From Rhina ancylostomus (taxonomy: Eukaryota): 63,974 nucleotides of DNA. The position numbers and the translations under genes are program-made. The notes under the pieces are model-generated. The model searched no databases, was not told the DNA's origin, and saw only the letters and a list, made by a program, of their open reading frames with translations. Of this stretch, positions 13,150 to 25,779 are shown piece by piece. The stretch's first letter is position 1, and every line of letters begins with the position of its first letter. The DNA lies in contig JARFYF010000112.1 of assembly GCA_030265395.1 (NCBI GenBank), positions 66,156,765-66,220,738 of the forward strand, read 5' to 3'.

Positions 13150-13682
13150 TATAAAATTGGCACCTGAGCTCTGTGCACTAGGACTCAATGTAGATAAGAA
13201 TCTCTAGATCAGGAAGATCAGCAGATTTAGCAGGCAAGACTGCCAGTTTTGTTTTGATAANNNNNNNNNNTTGATAATTGCCAGCAAATTTGCATCACTT
13301 GCTGTACCAACTGCTACATGTGTGCTCCAGTGTAGCTGGTGATGCGACCTGTATGAGTCAAAGAGTAACCCAACAAGTGGGCGCGCTACATGTTCATTGG
13401 TCACATGTAAATTTCAGACATCAAGAGAGCTTGGGTGCAGATTGTTAGAGCTGTACCTTGGGAGCTCCTAAATATGTGCAGATGTCCGGTTGCAGTTTTA
13501 CCTGCTAAATCTGCTGATCTTGCTGATCGAGAGATTTTCTTCTCTACCATAGACCCTTGTACACAGAATTCAGGTGCCAATTTTGATATGAAATGGAGTT
13601 CAATAATCACAAGCAAATTTGCATCATGAGTTATTAGAGACTCGAATAGATACTACACGTGCTCCACTGTAGCTGGTGATGG
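13150..13682. repeat. Interleaved ~95-bp inverted repeat and ~70-bp direct repeat (MITE-like)
   Basis: 13152-13243 is a diverged reverse complement of 13491-13584. AGCAAATTTGCATCA...GTGCTCCA(G/C)TGTAGCTGGTGATG occurs at ~13283-13344 and ~13612-13681. Confidence 0.8.
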
Positions 13683-14461
13683 GCTGTGAACCTGCAGTGG
13701 AGGAAGCTCCAGATGGCTTTGGAAAAGCAGTTCTGGAGACTTGAAATTGACTGCCCCATCTCAGCATGAGCTGACAGGAAACAGCTAGAGTACTTGTGGA
13801 ATGACAGTGGTGGGAACACCAAGGCTGACACCCTGAGAGAGCAGGATGCCATGCTCATCAGAGCTGCAGCCATTACTGGGCATTGCTCCTCCCTGTTCGT
13901 TGATGCAAGCTTCCTTATGATCTTCACCCTGTTCCCTGCAGCATAACTTGTGTGTGACTACTTTCCCCTGGGGAAATCAGCACCTATGGCACACTACCCA
14001 CCTGCAGGCCATTTTAGCCTGATCTCTCTCTGCATGCAAATGCCATCTGTTATGCTATTCAGTAATACACATTCACTGCTGGTATCTGAGTTGGTGACTG
14101 AAAATGTTTACTTTAGAGACTGGGTGTTTTTATTTTCTCTCGTGGTCTTCAGTTGTCTGGCCAGATTTTGATTAACAAGATCACCTAGGCATAGAAAGCT
14201 GTGGGCCATTTACTGGAAGATGGGATGCCCACAGGTCAGCATGAATGTGATGGGCTGAATGGACTGTTTCCATACTGTATGACTATGACTCTGAGAAAGA
14301 CACAAGGGTGGAGAGTATTGGGGAAACTGAGGTGTGGATGCTCACATCTTTTACAGCTTAAATCACAGGGAAGTGAGATACAAGGATGAGGTATGAACCT
14401 CTGAGAATGACAAATGTCCACACAATTCCCCCTCGGCAAACTTATTAACTTGTTAAGTTAT

Positions 14462-14790
14462 CAGGAGACGCAAGAGATGTTGGAATCTGGACCAACATAT
14501 ACAATCTTCTGGAGGAACTTGAGGTCGCGCAGCATCTGTTGGGAATTGATGTTTGAGGTCAGGACCCCTGCAGATTTTCGATCTGAAACATTGATAATTC
14601 CTTCCCAGCCACCATCTGCACAGATGCTGCTCGNNNNNNNNNNNNNNNNNNNNNNNNNNNNNNNNNNNNNNNNNNNNNNNNNNNNNNNNNNNNNNNNNNN
14701 NNNNNNNNNNNNNNNNNNNNNNNNNNNNNNNNNATCTGCACAGATGCTGCTCGGCTCTCTCAAATTCCTCCAGTAGATTGCTTGTTATTA
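14462..14790. mobile_element. Palindromic Penelope terminal-repeat derivative, interrupted by a gap
   Basis: Left arm CTGGAGGAACTTGAGG..GCAGCATCTGT is inverted relative to the right arm ACAGATGCTGCTCGG...TTCCTCCAG. Same family as 5378-5470. Confidence 0.65.
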
Positions 14791-17700
14791 AATTATGTGT
14801 TGACTTTCATTTATTTTCTTTTTTAAAAAAAAAGCACCCCAAGATTCTTGAGGTGTTTGGGGAGGGGTGGAGAGAGGGGAAAGGAGGTGTTAGGAGGGGC
14901 TAATCAAAGGCTTGATTGACAATGTGGATTTTTGGGAGGGTTGAGGGAGGCAATTGCAGAGCATAGGGTCTAACAGCAAAAAGCATGTGATGTGACAGAG
15001 ACAGAATTGCAAAAGAAGTCAGTCTGAAAACCTGAACATTTTGCGAAAGGAGTTGAAGGACTGCATGTGATCTCAGAGATGGGGATATATGTGGAGTTGA
15101 AAAGATTTGAAGTTCCATGAGAATAATAAATTGGAGGGCAATAAAAAGAACAGGTAAGTGGATGATGGGAGCTTGATTCAGGATTGAATGTGTGGATCAC
15201 TTTTAGATGAGCTGAAGAACAAAAGACAGATGGTTGGTCAAGAGTGATAGAGCAGCTCCTTGTTAATTTTTGGGCAAATTGGGGTCAGCTTTCTTGTGGA
15301 TAGAGAATAATTCACTGGCTGTTTCCTTGATTGGCCAAGTGATGTCTAAGGGACTCCAATTGTTTCTTCAAAACTTCATACTGATAACTTTCTTGTTATG
15401 GACCTTGTCTGGATCATAGAATTATATTTTGCAGTGTCTTTTCATTTTTGTTTTATGTTGATGTTACTTAGCAAAGNNNNNNNNNNNNNNNNNNNNNNNN
15501 NNNNNNNNNNNNNNNNNNNNNNNNNNNNNNNNNNNNNNNNNNNNNNNNNNNNNNNNNNNNNNNNNNNNNNNNNNNNTTATGTTGATGTTACTTAGCAAAG
15601 CTATTGATCAGCTTTTGCTCAATTTATGTTGCCTTACATGGATAAACAAGTTTTAAAGTTGAAAAAACTTGAGGACAAATAAAACAGCTGAAATAACTTG
15701 GCAATGAGGAATCACAAATGGTCCTAGAAAGTTAAGGTGCTATTATCGTGTATTAATGGTTTAACTTGAATACATCAGCTTGGTGTACTTGCAGTGGCCA
15801 TTATTGGCACTTGTAGCAAAAAATTGGTATTTATGGCAGATGGCATTGGTGGTTTTAAATGAAGTACAATATCTCCCTGCTGGAAACCAGATGCTATTTG
15901 GAGGTCAGGACAATGTTGTGATGAGTCTCTGTAAACTGGCTGAGTTAGGGATTTAAAGAAATGTGGTAATGGACTGTAAAACACTGTTAAATGGTGGCTT
16001 CATTCCAAGCCTCCTTGTGTTACATAGATGGTGCAGTTCCGGGAAATTATTCCAGAGGTTCTAGCAGTATGTAGTTGGAACATGTCACCTGCATCACCCT
16101 ATCTGGGACATGTCTCAAAGTTGATTCACCAATACGTTTGTCAGAACACAGCCATGTTATACCACAGAGTATTTCTCATTCTTATTTTCAAATCCTTGTA
16201 TGGCCTTTCCTCTTCCTATTTCTGTAATGTCTGGCATGATTGTCCTTCAAGAGATCTGCTTATTATGCTCCAGCCTCTTGAGCATCTCTAGTTTTAACAA
16301 CATTCCTCTATTGCTGGGGGCTTTGCTTTCAGCATCCAAAACCCTAAGGGCAGAAATTCTCCAGCTTATCTTCGAAGATGCATCTCAAAACCTCCATCTT
16401 TTATCATGCACCTTATCATCTCCCTTAATGTTTGATTGAATCCTCTGATGGAAGGTCACTGAACTGAAGCAGTAACTTTCTTTCTCCACAAATGCTGTCT
16501 GAGCTGCAAAGTATTTCCAGCATTTTATTTTCAGTTTTCCAGCACTTGTGTATTACAGCTGTAAGTGAAAAGCAGAAAAAAACTTTGTTCACTGTTTGCT
16601 AACTCTTGTGATGTCCATTGAAAAAATTCTGCTACAAAAAAAAACAGAATTATATAAATACAATATGTTAATGCACCATCATTCAGCTAATCTCCTAACC
16701 AGATACTCCCAAATAATGAGATTTGGAGACTGAGACCTAGCATACTTTTGCACCCTTCTGCCTTGGCTGGTTTGCACCTGTAGTTGTGATACATGAGGAT
16801 GTAAGTCATTTTTATTTCTTCACTGAGATGACAAATAGTGGTGTACAAAGCCCCCTGTGATTTGGTCCCTGCTGAACAATTTCATTACAAAATTAGCTAG
16901 GAAGTTGCTCTGTTAAGGACTCCCCAATTTATTTTGGGAGATCCAAGCAATAATATGAACATCAGTGATTTTAAAATGCCTGGCGGTGGTTGTCAGGAAT
17001 GTTGTGGGGCCAGAAGGACAACTGCTGCAAGAAGAGGGTTTTCTTCATAGCTGTCTTTTTCCAGGAAAGTAATATCAATTAGGTGGTTAGGCTGCATTGG
17101 GAATTGTAGTATGTATCAACCACCCATGTCAACCTTGAGTATATTTGGTGTATTGTAACTAGTGTGCTATGGGATCACATCTAAACAAATGCACTTTAAT
17201 GGTTACTCTTGATTCATAACATTGAATGACCATGATTGCTAGTGTGAGACGTGATTCTGCAGACACACCCCAGTTTTGGAAGGTTAGTGCTATCATTGGT
17301 TCTGCCAAGTTTTTTTTATATGTAGTTTAATGTCTATAATAAGGACACTTCCACATGAGCAACACTGGAGTTTATTGGAATTTGTGATTGTTATTGGGTT
17401 TTTCAACTGGTTGTCAGATTTCAGTGTTATAGCACATAATAGATTAGTTCACTGGCATATAATCAGATTGAGGAAGTAGGATGCAGGTGCCGTATAACCT
17501 CTCAAAACCATTCCAGGTTTGATGAATCTATTGAATAAGCTGCCTAAGGTAATTTTTCTCCTCAAAGGTGAGAATACCACACAGCAAATGCATGCTCCCA
17601 TAGTAGAGCAGCAGAGAACTGAGGGGAACTGCTACACGACAAAGGATGGAAACCTGATCATTTACAAGACCAACATGAAAAGCCATAGCATTCACTAATG

Positions 17701-18667
17701 TCTACAATGTGCTTCCTAGCAGCCATAATTTTAAAAACTGTTTGTCTAGCTTTGGCAGTTATTTAAATATTGAACATTTGGAAATATTTTTCAAAAATTA
17801 TAAACTAGAAATCTTTCAAATAATAACTGAATGTGTGCCATGTCTCAGAGACAGACAAGCTAAGGATTTAGGTGGGATGTAATCAAACATTAATCCTCTT
17901 TCCTGCCTCTGTGGCTATCTTCATGTATATCCACCCCTTTAGGAAATGGTTCTGAAATGATAATTTGTATTTTGTGATTTGAATTCTTGGTCACACCGAG
18001 GCTGATAAAGAAAAGAGCCATTTCTAGGAAAAGTTAAATGCTATTTCCTGCAGGTACATGATGAGCAGTGAATAATCAGGCCTGAATTCCCATATCAAGT
18101 AATGTGCATTGGAAATTGTACTGATTCCCATTCGAGGCTTCAGGATCTGGCTAAATGTCTAACAATAGCAATAAGGGAGTGATGAGCTTTGGATTGGGAC
18201 AAACTGCATGCTTAAGAAGGATTGCACACAAGATTGCCAGTTTAAAGAGCACAAAGGAGCAGTTGTAAAAAGGTGTCTTGAGATTTGATAATATAGTGCA
18301 GTGCATTGCAGCACTGGATAATTGAAAATGGCCTTTTACTGGAGTGAAGCATGATCATGACAATTTCCAGGTTATTTCATTTGGCTCTGGTAATTTGCCC
18401 AAGTACTTCATGGCATGAGTTGCATCTGGCACACACCAGATGATGTTATCCTCTCTGCAACCCTTTTGGGAAATGAGTCAATATCATAGGGCACTCTAGG
18501 GACTACTAAATTAAGTGTTGTGCTGGACTGGGACCTCCCATCACCCACCCTGCTTGCTCACTGGCACACATCCAACTCACTGATCCCATCTCCCTGATTC
18601 GTGTGTTGCCCTGACCTTGTTCTTTTCCACCTCCCTTCCCAAACACCCCACATTCTATGCTGAAGGA

Positions 18668-18888
18668 ACACCTAAAGCACTGGAGAAACTCAGCGTGTCA
18701 GGTAGTGTCTGTGGAGGGAAATGGATAGTTAATGTTTTGGGTCGAGACCCTTTGGCAGTCCAGATGTGAAGGGTCTCTGCCGAAACATCAACTGCTCATT
18801 TCCCTCCACAGATGCTTCTTGATCCGCTGAGTTCCTCCAGCACTTCATGTTGCTCCAGATTCCAACATCTGCTGTCTCTTGTGTCTCC
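18668..18888. mobile_element. Palindromic (head-to-head) Penelope terminal-repeat derivative
   Basis: CTGGAGAAACTCAGCG...TCTGTGGAGGGAAATG...GAGACCCTT (18680-18752) is inverted relative to AAGGGTCTC...CATTTCCCTCCACAGA...CGCTGAGTTCCTCCAG (18769-18840). Confidence 0.85.
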
Positions 18889-19005
18889 ACAAGGTACATC
18901 ACAAGGTGCTTCCACAACATGCCAGCTTCTGACCATCTGAATTTATGCCCTCACTGTGTGATAACATTGAATGTACCTGTTCTAAAGTCCAAAAACTAAG
19001 TATAT

Positions 19006-19100
19006 GGGCAGGCACGGTAGTGTAGTGGTTAGCTTAACGCTTTACAGTGCTAGTGACCTGGGTTCAATTCTGCCTGCTGTCTCCAATAAAGATATCTTAT
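19006..19100 (+). mobile_element. Internally deleted tRNA-derived SINE (head joined to tail)
   Basis: GGCACGGTAGTGTAGTGGTTAGC...CCTGGGTTCAATTC matches the head of the 12186-12422 copy and is followed almost immediately by the AATAAAGATATCTT tail. Confidence 0.75.
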
Positions 19101-19149
19101 AAGTCAAGACTTTGATTCTTATCAATTATAGGTGTCTATTAGTATCCTC

Positions 19150-20200
19150 ACTTTAGGGAGATTATACTATATCAACCTATAATTCAAAGACTAGTCTCTT
19201 TTCTGAAGCTGTTTAGCTGTCAGTAATCACTATTTCAAGTGGTGGGTTCTCCCTTCCAACCAAGGAGGAGATATTTCTAGCCAATGAAGCAAATTAAAAC
19301 ATCATAATTTTAAATGGAGCATATTTACTTTGAGAAGTAAATTCTAACAGATTATAATTCTACAAAGGATTTCCAAACACACATACAATTCTTACAAACT
19401 AGAAAAACGTACTGAGTTACAGATGAACAAGTCGTCTGTCACAGAAAGAAGGCTCTGGGAAGAGATCCTTCTCAGTCCAAGGCTGAGTGGATTTTATGCC
19501 TTCATCTCTAACTCCTAAGCACCATTGCTGCCTTTCAATATTTGCATGTTTCTTTTTGAGGGCAAGTACACTAATCCTTGGTATCTGTTTCTTCTACTGA
19601 TAAGCACCTTAATCCCTGGATAGTGATTTGCCAAAACCCTGAGGTTAGCAATAAGTGTCCTGGGCCTGGATAGTGAATATCCATCGCACTGGATTCCCCT
19701 GGACCTCAGGTCCAACTGGGCCTCTGAATGCAGCAACACCTCTGTTCCCTCGGCAAATCCCATTCAGACACAACACCAGACTCTTCTCTATCAACCTATG
19801 GGAGCAAGGACAAAGGCCACTGGTATTTGCTGTCATTGCAGGCTTCACTTTCATGGCCGCTAAAGCTTATTCTCAACATAAGTATTCATTGGTGCGAGGG
19901 GACTACTTTCTCTCAAGAAGCATTTTGTGGTAGAGCATCAGAAGCCTTTTCCAATTGTTCAGGTAGATTCACTCAACTCTTATCCAGTTATAGTGGACTT
20001 GCAGAGACTACATTGTCCTAAAGGATGCACTTGGAGTACAAGAGCTATCCTTTAATTAATGATCACTCTGCAAAAAGCTCCAAGATGCCAAATAATATCA
20101 CCTAAAATTGCAGCCATGCCACCACCAGGAGCTTAGTGGACAGTGCAAATAGCATTGTTCAAAATGAATAACCCTCTCTGGACCATACTCTGTAAAAACA
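19150..20200 (+). mobile_element. DIRS-like retrotransposon RT/RNase H fossil
   Basis: Ordered degenerate motifs: LAVSNHYFKWWVLP (~YQFRVLPFG), STDKHLNPW (~TTDASL.GWG), LDLR (~LELR), FRHNTRLFSIN (~RSDNTTVV.YIN), GDYFLSR (~AD.LSR), FCGRASEAFSN (~FG...VDLFAS). Confidence 0.55.
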
Positions 20201-20321
20201 AAGTGAATCCCATCCTGAGGAGAACAACCATTTTGGGGATGGTACTAAAGGTTACAGTGGCTTTTAAGTGGTGTTCTGTGTATCATCAAACATTTTATTG
20301 CACTTGAATGTTTATTTTTAA

Positions 20322-20745
20322 ATGGTAAATGGGTTTATTACTGTCACATGTACTGAGTACAGTGAAAAACTGTTTTTCATTCCATCCATGCAGATCATTT
20401 CATTACAACAGTGCATTGAGGTAATATGAGGGAAAACAATAACAGAATGCAGAATAAAGTGTTACAATTATAGAGAGAATGCAATGTTGGCAGACAATAA
20501 GATGCAAGGCTATGACAAGGTAGATTGTGAGGTCAAGAGTCCATCTTATCGTACTAGAGGACCGTTCAATAGTTGTATAACAGTGGGATAGAAGCTGTCT
20601 TTGAGCCTGGTGGTATGTTTTCAGGCTTTTGTATCCCCTGCCCAATGGGAAGGGGTTGGGGGGGGGGGCGAAGAGAGAATGTCTGAGGTGTGTTGGATCT
20701 TTGATTATGTTGGTTGCTTTACAGAGGCAATGAGAAGTATAGACA
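20322..20745 (-). mobile_element. Rex1/Babar-type LINE 3' end
   Basis: Translation CLCKATNIIKDPTHLRHSLF...GRGYKSLKT (cf. IIKDPSHPGHSLF.LLPSGRRYRSL), followed by a 3' UTR ending GTGACAGTAATAAACC with a short repeat tail. Confidence 0.8.
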
Positions 20746-20904
20746 GTGTGAACTGAGTGTAAACAGTTTACTGAGTGTGAACAAGTGCACATCCATTCAA
20801 AAAAATTGGGAATTGCTTTGCTATGGTATTCTTAGTCAGGTAGTCGTTCTTTGTGCTGTACTATATATATTAAAATTTAGAAGAGTTTACTCATTTATTA
20901 TGAC

Positions 20905-21190
20905 ACTGAGACTTTCAGCCCATGTTGACTTCCAGCAGAGCAATCCCATTCTCCCTTCTCCTTATTTCCCTGTACTCCTGCAACTTATTCTGTCACATGC
21001 CTATTAACTCCCCCTTGGTTCTTCTATGTATACAGTAAATGGTAATTTACAGTAGTCAATTAACTTGTCAGTGCAACTTGGATGTGGGAGGAAACTGGAG
21101 CACCCAGTAGAAATGCACAGACAGCTCCTAAGGTCAGGATCAAGCCCGAGTCAATGTGAGGCAGCAGCACTACCTGCTGCACCTCTATCC
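20905..21190 (-). mobile_element. Degenerate V-SINE
   Basis: GGATGTGGGAGGAAACTGGAGCACCCAG is the reverse complement of the V-domain core, and a tRNA-like head lies at ~21130-21185. Confidence 0.75.
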
Positions 21191-22504
21191 CATCCAAGAC
21201 CAAGCAAGAAGAGCACCATCTGTCAAGGTGTAGATATCAAAAGAATGACCACAAAGAACTACAGAAAGAAGATAATGGTGAAGAGCCGCTAAACCCACAC
21301 TCTCCTCAACAGGAGTCCCATACCAGGCTTCCCAATGACAGACAATGTGGTGTGAGACAGTATTTGATTTGGGAAAGATTCTGATAATTCCATAACATTC
21401 ACCCCTTCCTGTGTACCCTTTGCCAAAACAGGTATCTGATTCACAGGAAATTATTTAGCATATCAAAGATGCAGTCCTTCTGTCCGGTAAACAGCTGGCT
21501 GAAGCTCCCTATTCATTTTCTAGTTTCAGTTAGCCATTGCAATAGGAGCTTAGGCAATTAGGTCTTTGCTTCTGATTAGGTCCAGTTGTCATCATTATTG
21601 AATCTTGAAAAAATATGAAAATTATTCATTGTTATTCTTGCACTGCCTTCACTTTTCAAGCCTAACATCCACAGTATCTTGAATCTTGGAGGATGAATGC
21701 CTTCATGCAGCCAGCTCTTCCCACTTCTAAATCTTGCAGATCCTCATCAAACAGCCCAACTTTCTGTCAAATATATTGTATTCTGCTCCTAAATATCCAT
21801 CAAACTAGCAAGGCTACTCATTGAGGACAGAAGGGCTCTTAATTTTTTCCTCTTGATTTAATGGAATATTTACAGTAGTTGCAAATGATCATTGTTTCAC
21901 TTGATCAAGAAATGCACTTGTGAGGCTCATGGTTAAATCTGAAATTGCAGCAATCCACTTGCACTGAAGCCCACTTCACATGTCAATCTATACAAGTGCC
22001 AATCAAGTGTCATACATTGATAGCCACAGTTATGTATTGGTGTTCCCATGATGTCTCTGTCAAAGATGCACACCATTGTAACTGTGCAGTGATGTGCTTC
22101 CCACAGATCCAACTGCCTCTGCCCTTCTGAGATCAGGACAACAATGTCTTTTGAACGATGGGCATTTCTCCAACAGTAAAGCATAAGGCACAGCCTGGCT
22201 TCTGATGGTGGATATCTTGCAGTGTTATTGCTAAGTTGACATCATCCTTGCCTTTCCAAAGACAACTGAACCACTGGCGACAGGCTCTGCTTATGGGATT
22301 GGAGTCAGAGCATCACTGTGTACTTCTGTAGAACTTCTGAGGAAACCCAGCCTCAACAGTAAATCATTGAGAAGTTGCTGAACATTTCTAATGAGTCCAC
22401 TAGCATAGCTAACATTAAGTCATCATGGATATTGGCAGGCTACTGCTGGTGGCATAGATTGACCTCTGACTCCGCAAAGTGGCTGGGGTAACTCCATATG
22501 GCCA

Positions 22505-22675
22505 AAAGCAAACAAAGTGGTGGAAACCATTAACATTTCAGGTCTGAGACCCTGTGTCATGGATATGAAACATTAACTATGTTTCTCCTTTCCCAGATGC
22601 TGTTCGATCTGATGAATTCTTCTAGCATTTTCTGTTTTTATCTCTGATTTTCAGCATCTGTAGTTTTTGATTTTC
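22505..22675. mobile_element. Palindromic Penelope terminal-repeat derivative (old)
   Basis: TTAACATTTCAGG...TGAAACATTAAC...CAGATGCTG...CAGCATCTGTAGTTTTT, related to the family at 18668. Confidence 0.55.
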
Positions 22676-23360
22676 TAACTCCATGTGGCCTCACGGCGTG
22701 GATTCCTAGGTTGCCCTTGTGTACCTACCTCACTGTCCTTTCTGAATGATGGTGTGAAGGTATTATGAAGAACGTACAGACATCACATAAGGTTGGGACT
22801 CTACCACGAGTTGCAGAAGTGTAGGGTCCAACCTTTTATGACAGCTGCATGAACTCCAGTGTATTCAGCTGAGTTGCATTGGTTAAATATAGGTAAAGAC
22901 CAGACGATAAAAAAACATGAGCAGAATCTACAATTGGTTAAATGCTTCACTCTGTATGAACTGAAGAGATGGATTAACATCAGCTTTAATAGCACAAAAT
23001 ATTTGCTTGCAAAGGAAACTGTTGAACTAGTGATTCAAAATATGGTAATTTTTGTTTTCCCATGTAGTTTTGGAACACTGGTACTATGCTGTACTTCTCC
23101 AATGCCTGCGGTTTGGTTGCTGGAAGGCGAGCTGTCAGATACAGGTGTGTGCTCAGAATGGCCACAATGAGCCCCAGACTAAATCCCCAACTGGTTTACT
23201 TGCAGTTTGGGGAAGCAAGTCTAGGTGTGCAGCTTCTAAGAACCACTGACTGCAGGGGAGCTGCTGCAATCCCAAGAGAGAAGAGTCCTGGATCCTGCAT
23301 TTGCTGACTGGACTCTTGTACTGGATGTGTTGCTTTTATGTTGCCCAGGTGGTCAACTAC

Positions 23361-25760
23361 CAAGATCACAAGATAAAGGAGCAGAAGTAGGCCATTTGGC
23401 CCATCAAGTCTGCTCCATGAGCTAAACTAATACTATTCCTATCTAGCCCCAGTTTCCGGCGTTATCCTCATATCCCTTGATAACTTGACTAATTAGATAC
23501 CTATCAATTTCCTCCTTAAACGCCCCCAATGATTGGGCCTCCACAGCTGTACGTGGCAGAGAATTCCATAATTTCACTACCCTCTTGGCTAAAGAAATTT
23601 CTCCTCATTTCTGTTTTAAACGGGTACCCTCTAATTCTAAGATTGTGCCCTCTAGTCTTGGACTCACCCACCAGGGGAAACAGCCACATCTACTCTGTCC
23701 AGTCCTTTCAACATTCTAAATGTTTCTATGAGGTCCCCTCTCATTCTTCTGTACTCCANNNNNNNNNNNNNNNNNNNNNNNNNNNNNNNNNNNNNNNNNN
23801 NNNNNNNNNNNNNNNNNNNNNNNNNNNNNNNNNNNNNNNNNNNNNNNNNNNNNNNNNNGAACTCAATCATATTGTGATTGCTCATTCCTAATGGTTTCTT
23901 TACCTTTAGTTCCTTAATCACCTCTGGTTCGTTACACAGCACCCATTCCAAAACAGCCGATCCCCCTGGTGGGCTCATCAACAAGTTGCTCCAAAAAGCC
24001 ATCCCGTAGACCTTCCACAAACTTGCTCTTCTGAGATCCACTGCCTTCCTGGCTTTCCCAATCCACCTTCATGTTAAAATACCCCTTAATTATCTTGACA
24101 TTGTCCCTCTGACACACTTTTTCTATTTCTAGCTGTAACTTATAGTCCAAATCCTGGCTGCTGTTAGGGATCTATAAATCGCTGCTATTATTGTCCTTTT
24201 ACCCTTGCCACTTCTTAGCTCCATGCTTAAGGATTCCACTTCTTCTGACCCTATGTCCCTTCTCTCTCTTGATTTTATATCATTACTAACCATCAGGGCC
24301 ACACCACCCCTTCTGCCTACCTGCATATCTTTCCTATACACTGTGTACCCCTGGACATTTAGTTTCCACTTGCAGCCTTCCTTAAGCCATGACTCGGTGA
24401 GTGCCACAATGTCATATTTTTTTAATCTGTTGACGTGCCACTAGGTCATCCACCTTATTTCTATTGCTATGTACATTTAAATATAGTACATTTAGACCAG
24501 TATCTGCTGCCGATTTTTCTGTTTTTCTATTGTTCAGCAAATTATCCTGTCTTTTCACCTAACTGTCCTTCTTTCCATCTTCGCTGCACACTGTCTTGGA
24601 CTTACTCCTATATACCTCTTCCTCCATCCTAACATCCTGGTTTCCTTCTCCCTGCCAAATTAGTTTAAACTCTCCCCAGCAGCTATATTAAACATTCCCG
24701 CCAGGATATTGGACCCTTCGAAGTTCAGGTGTAAAACCCATCCTTTGTGAATAGGTCATACATCTCCCAAAAAAGGTTCTAATGATCCAAGAATTTGCAG
24801 CCCTGCCCCCTGCACCAGCCACTCAGCCACGCATTCATCTGCCAGATCTCTATTCTTCCATTAGCACGTGGCATAGGTAGTAATCCTGAGATTACTACCC
24901 TGGAGGTCCTGCTTCTCAACCTTCTTCCCAGCTCCTTGTAATCTTCTTTCAGGACCTCCTTTTTCTACCTATGTTATTGGTACCTACATGTACCAAGACT
25001 TCTGGCTGATCACCATCTCCCCTCAGAATATTCAGACATCCTGTACCCTGGCACCAGGGAGGCAACACACCATCCGGGTATTGTTGTCAGGTTCGCAGAA
25101 TCTCTTATCTGTTCCCCTCACTATAGAATCCCCAATGACCACTGCATTTCTCCTTGCACGCTGGACCACAGCACCAGGTACAGTGCCAAACTCCTGTGTG
25201 CCATGGTCTTCCTGTGTCAGGTCATTGTCTCCAACAGAATCTAAAATGAGGTACTGATTTTTGAGGGGGACTGCCACAGAGCTACTCTACTAATTCTTTA
25301 TAGCCTCTGTCTATCTCCTCCTCGTTCTCCCTAATCAGCTGAAGGTCATCAAGCTGCAGCTCCAGGTCCCTAACACAATCCCTGAGGAGCTGCATCTCAA
25401 TGCACTTTGCGCAAATATAGTCTTCAGCGAGGCTGGTAGTCTCCCAGGGTCCCCACATCTGGCACTCCAAGCATAACACTAATTCCAGATGCATACTGCT
25501 ATGGCACTGTCTAATGCAACTACAATAAATAAACTAATAAATTACCCCTGCTCTATTTTTGCCAAAGTCCAACTATTCTGCTCTTTCTCACTCTGCTGCC
25601 CACTCCAAACGCTGCCCGCTGGATATGGCAGTCTTTTTAAACTGTTCGCGCACTACCGAGTGATGTCACATGCCTGCGCAGTCACTCCCTGCTATCCTCA
25701 AAAGCTAAGGGGAATAAAAAACAATTATCGCTTCGTTAGTCTTTGGCTCCCTGCTTCCTC
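23361..25760 (-). mobile_element. 5'-complete CR1 LINE (ORF1 Zn-finger/leucine zipper plus GDSL esterase; ORF2 APE; RT missing at a 100-N gap)
   Basis: ORF1: CLECQMW...YICAKC...LELQLDDL (25282-25494) and VVIGDSIVRGTD...CCLPGARVQDV (25032-25277). ORF2: ALTESWL...GYTVYRKD...GGVAL and FLEQLVDEPTRG. C-terminus RRMRGDLIETFRMLKGLDRVD and a CAAGAT-repeat tail at 23361. Frameshifted. Confidence 0.92.
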
Positions 25761-25779
25761 ACCTCTTGCCGCCTATCAG

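Noticed and set aside
14614-14753. 20-bp direct repeat ATCTGCACAGATGCTGCTCG flanking Ns
   Set aside because: Identical sequence on both sides of an exactly 100-N gap points to an unmerged contig overlap rather than biology.
15453-15600. 24-bp direct repeat TTATGTTGATGTTACTTAGCAAAG flanking Ns
   Set aside because: Same 100-N gap overlap artefact.
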